A stretch of DNA of 59,208 nt, counting the filler, from Fonticula-like sp. SCN 57-25 (lineage: Eukaryota), in NCBI GenBank assembly GCA_001724245.1. It is 6 parts of 6 records of this genome, joined end to end, with 100 filler letters (N's around TTAATTAATTAA, not from the genome) between each part and the next. Parts side by side here need not be neighbours in the genome. Positions count along the whole stretch, not along the records: positions 47,183 to 59,208 come from MEDX01000272.1; 5 more parts are not named here. One strand, given 5' to 3'. Below are positions 55,803 to 59,208 of the stretch, in pieces (position 1 is the stretch's first letter; the number at the start of each line of letters is the position of its first letter). Under the pieces are notes generated by a model. That model saw nothing but the letters and a program-made list of their open reading frames with translations. It did not search any database and was not told the origin of the DNA. Position numbers and translations under genes: made by a program.

Positions 55803-58800
55803 ATGCTGCGTGCCGACAGCGACCCGCGCGATCGCAACACTGCGCGCTCGATGCCATCAAAGCTCCATCAAAACCTGCACTCACTCTCGCTCGATGATGT
55901 CGCCGACGATGACGATCTCGATCTTCTCCAGCACGCCTTTGCGGACGACGCGGCCTATGACGCCTTCCGCCAGCCCGGCGGGTACGCCTCGCGCACGCGC
56001 GCGCACCCATCTCGCCCTGATCCCACCCACTAACCGCCCTGATCCCCTCAGTGCCGATCTCTTCAAGCAGCACTTTTTCAGCAAGCTGCTGCATCCCGAG
56101 CACTTTAACCTCCCCTTCCGCGACGGCATCGCCGGCGAAGGCCGCTCTGACCCCGTCTGGTTCCTCGATCTGAGCAGCTGGCGCACCGGCACCGCCCCCC
56201 ACACGACCGACGTTGTCGAGGCCCTGCTGCGCGGCGAGGCGACCGTGACGCACGACGGCGCCATGGGCTCTGACCGCACGCACGGCGGCAAGCGCGTCAC
56301 CGCGCCCTTCACGCGCCTCAAGCTCGGCCCCGTCGGCCACTGGGACTGGACGCACGTGCCGCCGGAACCCGTCGGCCTGCTGTTCACGCGCGGCATCACG
56401 GGCGTCAACATGGCGCAGGGGCCGCTGCTGCGCGCGTACGAGGAGACGGGCGACGAGAGGATGCTGGCCGCGTGGATGGCAATTACGGACGACTGGGCGA
56501 GGAACTTTACCGACATGGCCGACAGGTGCACGTCGCACAACGTCAGGTTTTATTTTGTCACGTGTCTGTATGACTTTTTGCTGTCGTTTGTGGGCGAGCT
56601 GGCGCGTGTGGCGAAAAGGAGGCCGGCGTTTGTGTCGCAGATGAGGGGGAGTGTGCTCATACGCGTGCTTACGACGTGCCTTGTCGAGTATGTGCCGTCG
56701 ACGGTAAGGCAGCTGAGGGCGCTCATTATCAATCATCGGCCGGCGGGGATCGCCATGCTCGTCATCACAGGAATGCTCTTTTACGAATTCAAGTACGCAT
56801 TGATAATTGATTTTTTGTGATGATATTGATAATATTGTTGTTTTTGTTGCTGTTTTTGTACTTTTTGTACTTGATTTCGTACTTTTTGTTACCATTTCTG
56901 TACTTTTCTACTTTTGCTGGCTCTTTTCCTCCTTTTAACATCATGTAGGATTGGCCGCTGGTGCATTGCCCAAGCCAAGCGCCTCTGGGAAACCAACTGG
57001 TCTCTTCGCGTCTACCCCGACGGCGGCCCCGCCGAGTGGACCGACATTGGCCACGAGCAGATGGACATGATTTACCTCGGCAACCTCGTCAAGCGCGTGC
57101 AGGCATTTTCCCGCCAACACCCCGCCGTGCACGGCTGGCTCGACGGCAGCGACCCCCTATGGGCGATCCCCGACGCCGACGCGCGCGCCACAAACGCGCG
57201 GTACATTATGCGCCACCTCAAGCAGGACGGCTTCCGCTTCCGCTGGGACGCCGTGACGAGCCAGCGCGAGGCAATTTTTGGACTTTCGCCGGCGCCGTCC
57301 GTCGACGCGCTTTTGCAGCGCTTTGCGCAGACGCCGCTCGAGATGAAGGAGCTGCACCTGGACGACCCCGTTTTCAGCGCGACGCCCGCGCGAAACAGCC
57401 CCGCCGTGCTCGGCGCCGTCATCAATGTCGCGCCCGAGCTGCTTGCGCGGGAAGCGCCGATTGCTGCGATGGCGGACGCCGTTTTCGGCCCGCTCGAGTC
57501 GCTCGAGCGCGCCGCCGGGCCGCACCGCGACGAGCACCTTGACGCGCTGCTGCTCGACATTCTGCCGTTCAAGGGGCAGGTGTACATGCGCGACTGCTGG
57601 GACCGCGAGGACTTTGCCTTTGCGTCGTTTATCTGCCGGCCATCGCCGAGCAGCAGCGGCCGCCACGACGACAACCGGCTGCAGCTGTACGGCCACGGGC
57701 AGCACCTGATCAACATGCCGCCCGTGCGCGTCAGTGGCATGCCGCAGAACCGATATGCAGTGCAAGAGTGGCCGCTGCACGACAAGGTTGGCGGGAAAAC
57801 TGTGCACATTCTGCACGCGGCGCGCGGCGACATGATGCGCACGCGCGGCCACCGCGGCGCCGTCATTGACCTCGCAGAGGGCGTGTATACGGGTGGGTAT
57901 GAAAGTAACCGCCCGCCGCACGCGACCGTCGACCACGCGCAGCACATTAGGCAGGTGCTTTTGTTGCGGCCGATTGGCGCGTGGCTCGTCGTCGACCGCG
58001 TCGTCGCGCAAAAGGCAGTCACAATGGAGATGGACATTGAGGCGATGCTGCCAAAGTACGAGTGGGACGCTGACGCGCAGCTCGAGGTCGACCCGGACGC
58101 GGCGCGGCTCAAAATGAGCTCCGTCGGGCTCGCGGGATGTCTCGTGCAGCAGGTGTGCCCATACCCCGTCGGCATCTCGTACTTTGCCGAGGGAGAAAAA
58201 GACGGCGCGCCGCGTCAGACGCCGCCGCCGCCGGCCAACCTGTGGGCGCGCTCGGGCAACCCGCGCTTCCGCCGCACTGTTCTTTCGTCGCGGCAGACGA
58301 CCGTCCGCCTCGAGACGCCCATGACCGAGCACTGCATGATGACGCTCGTGCTGCCGCAGCGCGGCTCGTCGTCCATCGTCAAGCTGCGCGACGTCAAGCG
58401 CGGCCGCACGTACGAAGGGCGCATTGTCGAGGTGGTCGACGGCGCCGTCACGCTCGAGCTGCTCAACGGCGCGCGCCACGAGCGACTCCCGCTGAGCGAC
58501 TTTGACGCCGCCGACCAGGACATTGTGCGCGCGTGGTCGCCGTCGCAGCTGCAGGCGGCGCACGACACGACGCTGCGCTCATTTGACGCGCGCTTTGAGG
58601 TGGCCGCGAGCAACGACCCCAACTTTGCGTGCGTCACGGTGACGGACCGCGCGCAGGGGAGTACCACGTGGGCGTACGCGCGGCGCGGCAAGAGCCCGAC
58701 GGGCAAGCTGGCGGCGCTGCCGCTCGTGTGCCCGCAGCGACTGACGGCCGCGGCGGAGCTGCTCGTCGTGCACGACCGCGGCGACGGGTCGCTCGCGGGT

Positions 58801-59208
58801 ATGGTGCTCGGCTGCTACGACCGCTATGTGACGCACGCGGCATCGGGGAAGCGCGTGGCGCTGCCGTCCGCCGACACTGAATTCACCATTGATACGGCCA
58901 CGGGGCGGCTCTGGACGTCGGCGCGGATTGAAACGCCGCTGCCGCCGCTCGCGCTCGACGTGACAATGCCGACGACCTTTTCGCAGCCGACCCGTGTGCG
59001 CCTCGCGCGCCCGCCGGCCGACACGAACGTCCACTTCACGGTCGACGGCCGCGACCCGAAGCCCAACGACCCAATGTACGACATTTCCGAGCCGCCGTTC
59101 ATCCACACGTCGACGCTCTTCAAGGCGCGCGCATTCCGGCGCGGCACCGACGGCCGCGGGCTGCGCGCCGACGTCGACGTGCACGCACTCACGCCGTGCC
59201 TGCTCGCC
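55803..59208 (+). CDS. Heparinase II/III-like (polysaccharide lyase fold) protein with C-terminal Fn3-associated/CHB_HEX_C domain; runs off the window end
   Basis: Introns 55982-56051 and ~56793-56948; LLRAYEETGDERM, YPDGGPAEW..GH, GQVYMRDCW..SSGRHDDNRLQLYGHG, HIRQVLL..WLVVDRV; VHFTVDGRDP..LFKARAF; last exon open to 59208. Confidence 0.65.

Overview
Eukaryotic, gene-dense, GC-rich DNA from a unicellular opisthokont-like organism (early-diverging fungus/holomycotan or holozoan protist; not resolvable here). It is not one locus: six unrelated contigs are joined by five artificial 100-nt linkers (44 N + TTAATTAATTAA + 44 N), so synteny across linkers is meaningless. About 28 protein-coding genes are recognisable after manual splicing of short GTRCG...CTRAC...YAG introns (mostly ~45-60 nt): PSAT/LCAT-like acyltransferase, CTNNBL1, DUF2270, a membrane-anchored FG nucleoporin, ZC4H2, CPA1, UNC119-like, HAS1, NDK, SEUSS/LDB-like, SLC35 transporter, sphingolipid kinase, a histone-fold/talin-head/SH3/PH protein, P4-ATPase, BRD8, CYP86-clan P450, HDHD2, Puf4/5-type PUF, FAM72, TFB4, V-ATPase c, CaMKK, a bromodomain protein, two glycosyltransferase-family paralogs, an HSF-type factor, DENND10, PTTG1IP-like and a heparinase II/III-like protein. 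No rRNA, tRNA, CRISPR or intact mobile element was seen. Highlights: (1) an arginine attenuator peptide uORF before CPA1; (2) a POM121-like TM-NLS-FG nucleoporin; (3) an apparently new H2B-H2A doublet + talin F0/F1 + SH3 + PH architecture; (4) dense, reading-frame-independent clusters of the palindrome CACGTG together with G-to-C skew flips around AT-rich islands; (5) repeated UGUANNNCUA elements flanking the PUF gene itself. All family calls come from motif recognition by eye, without database searches.
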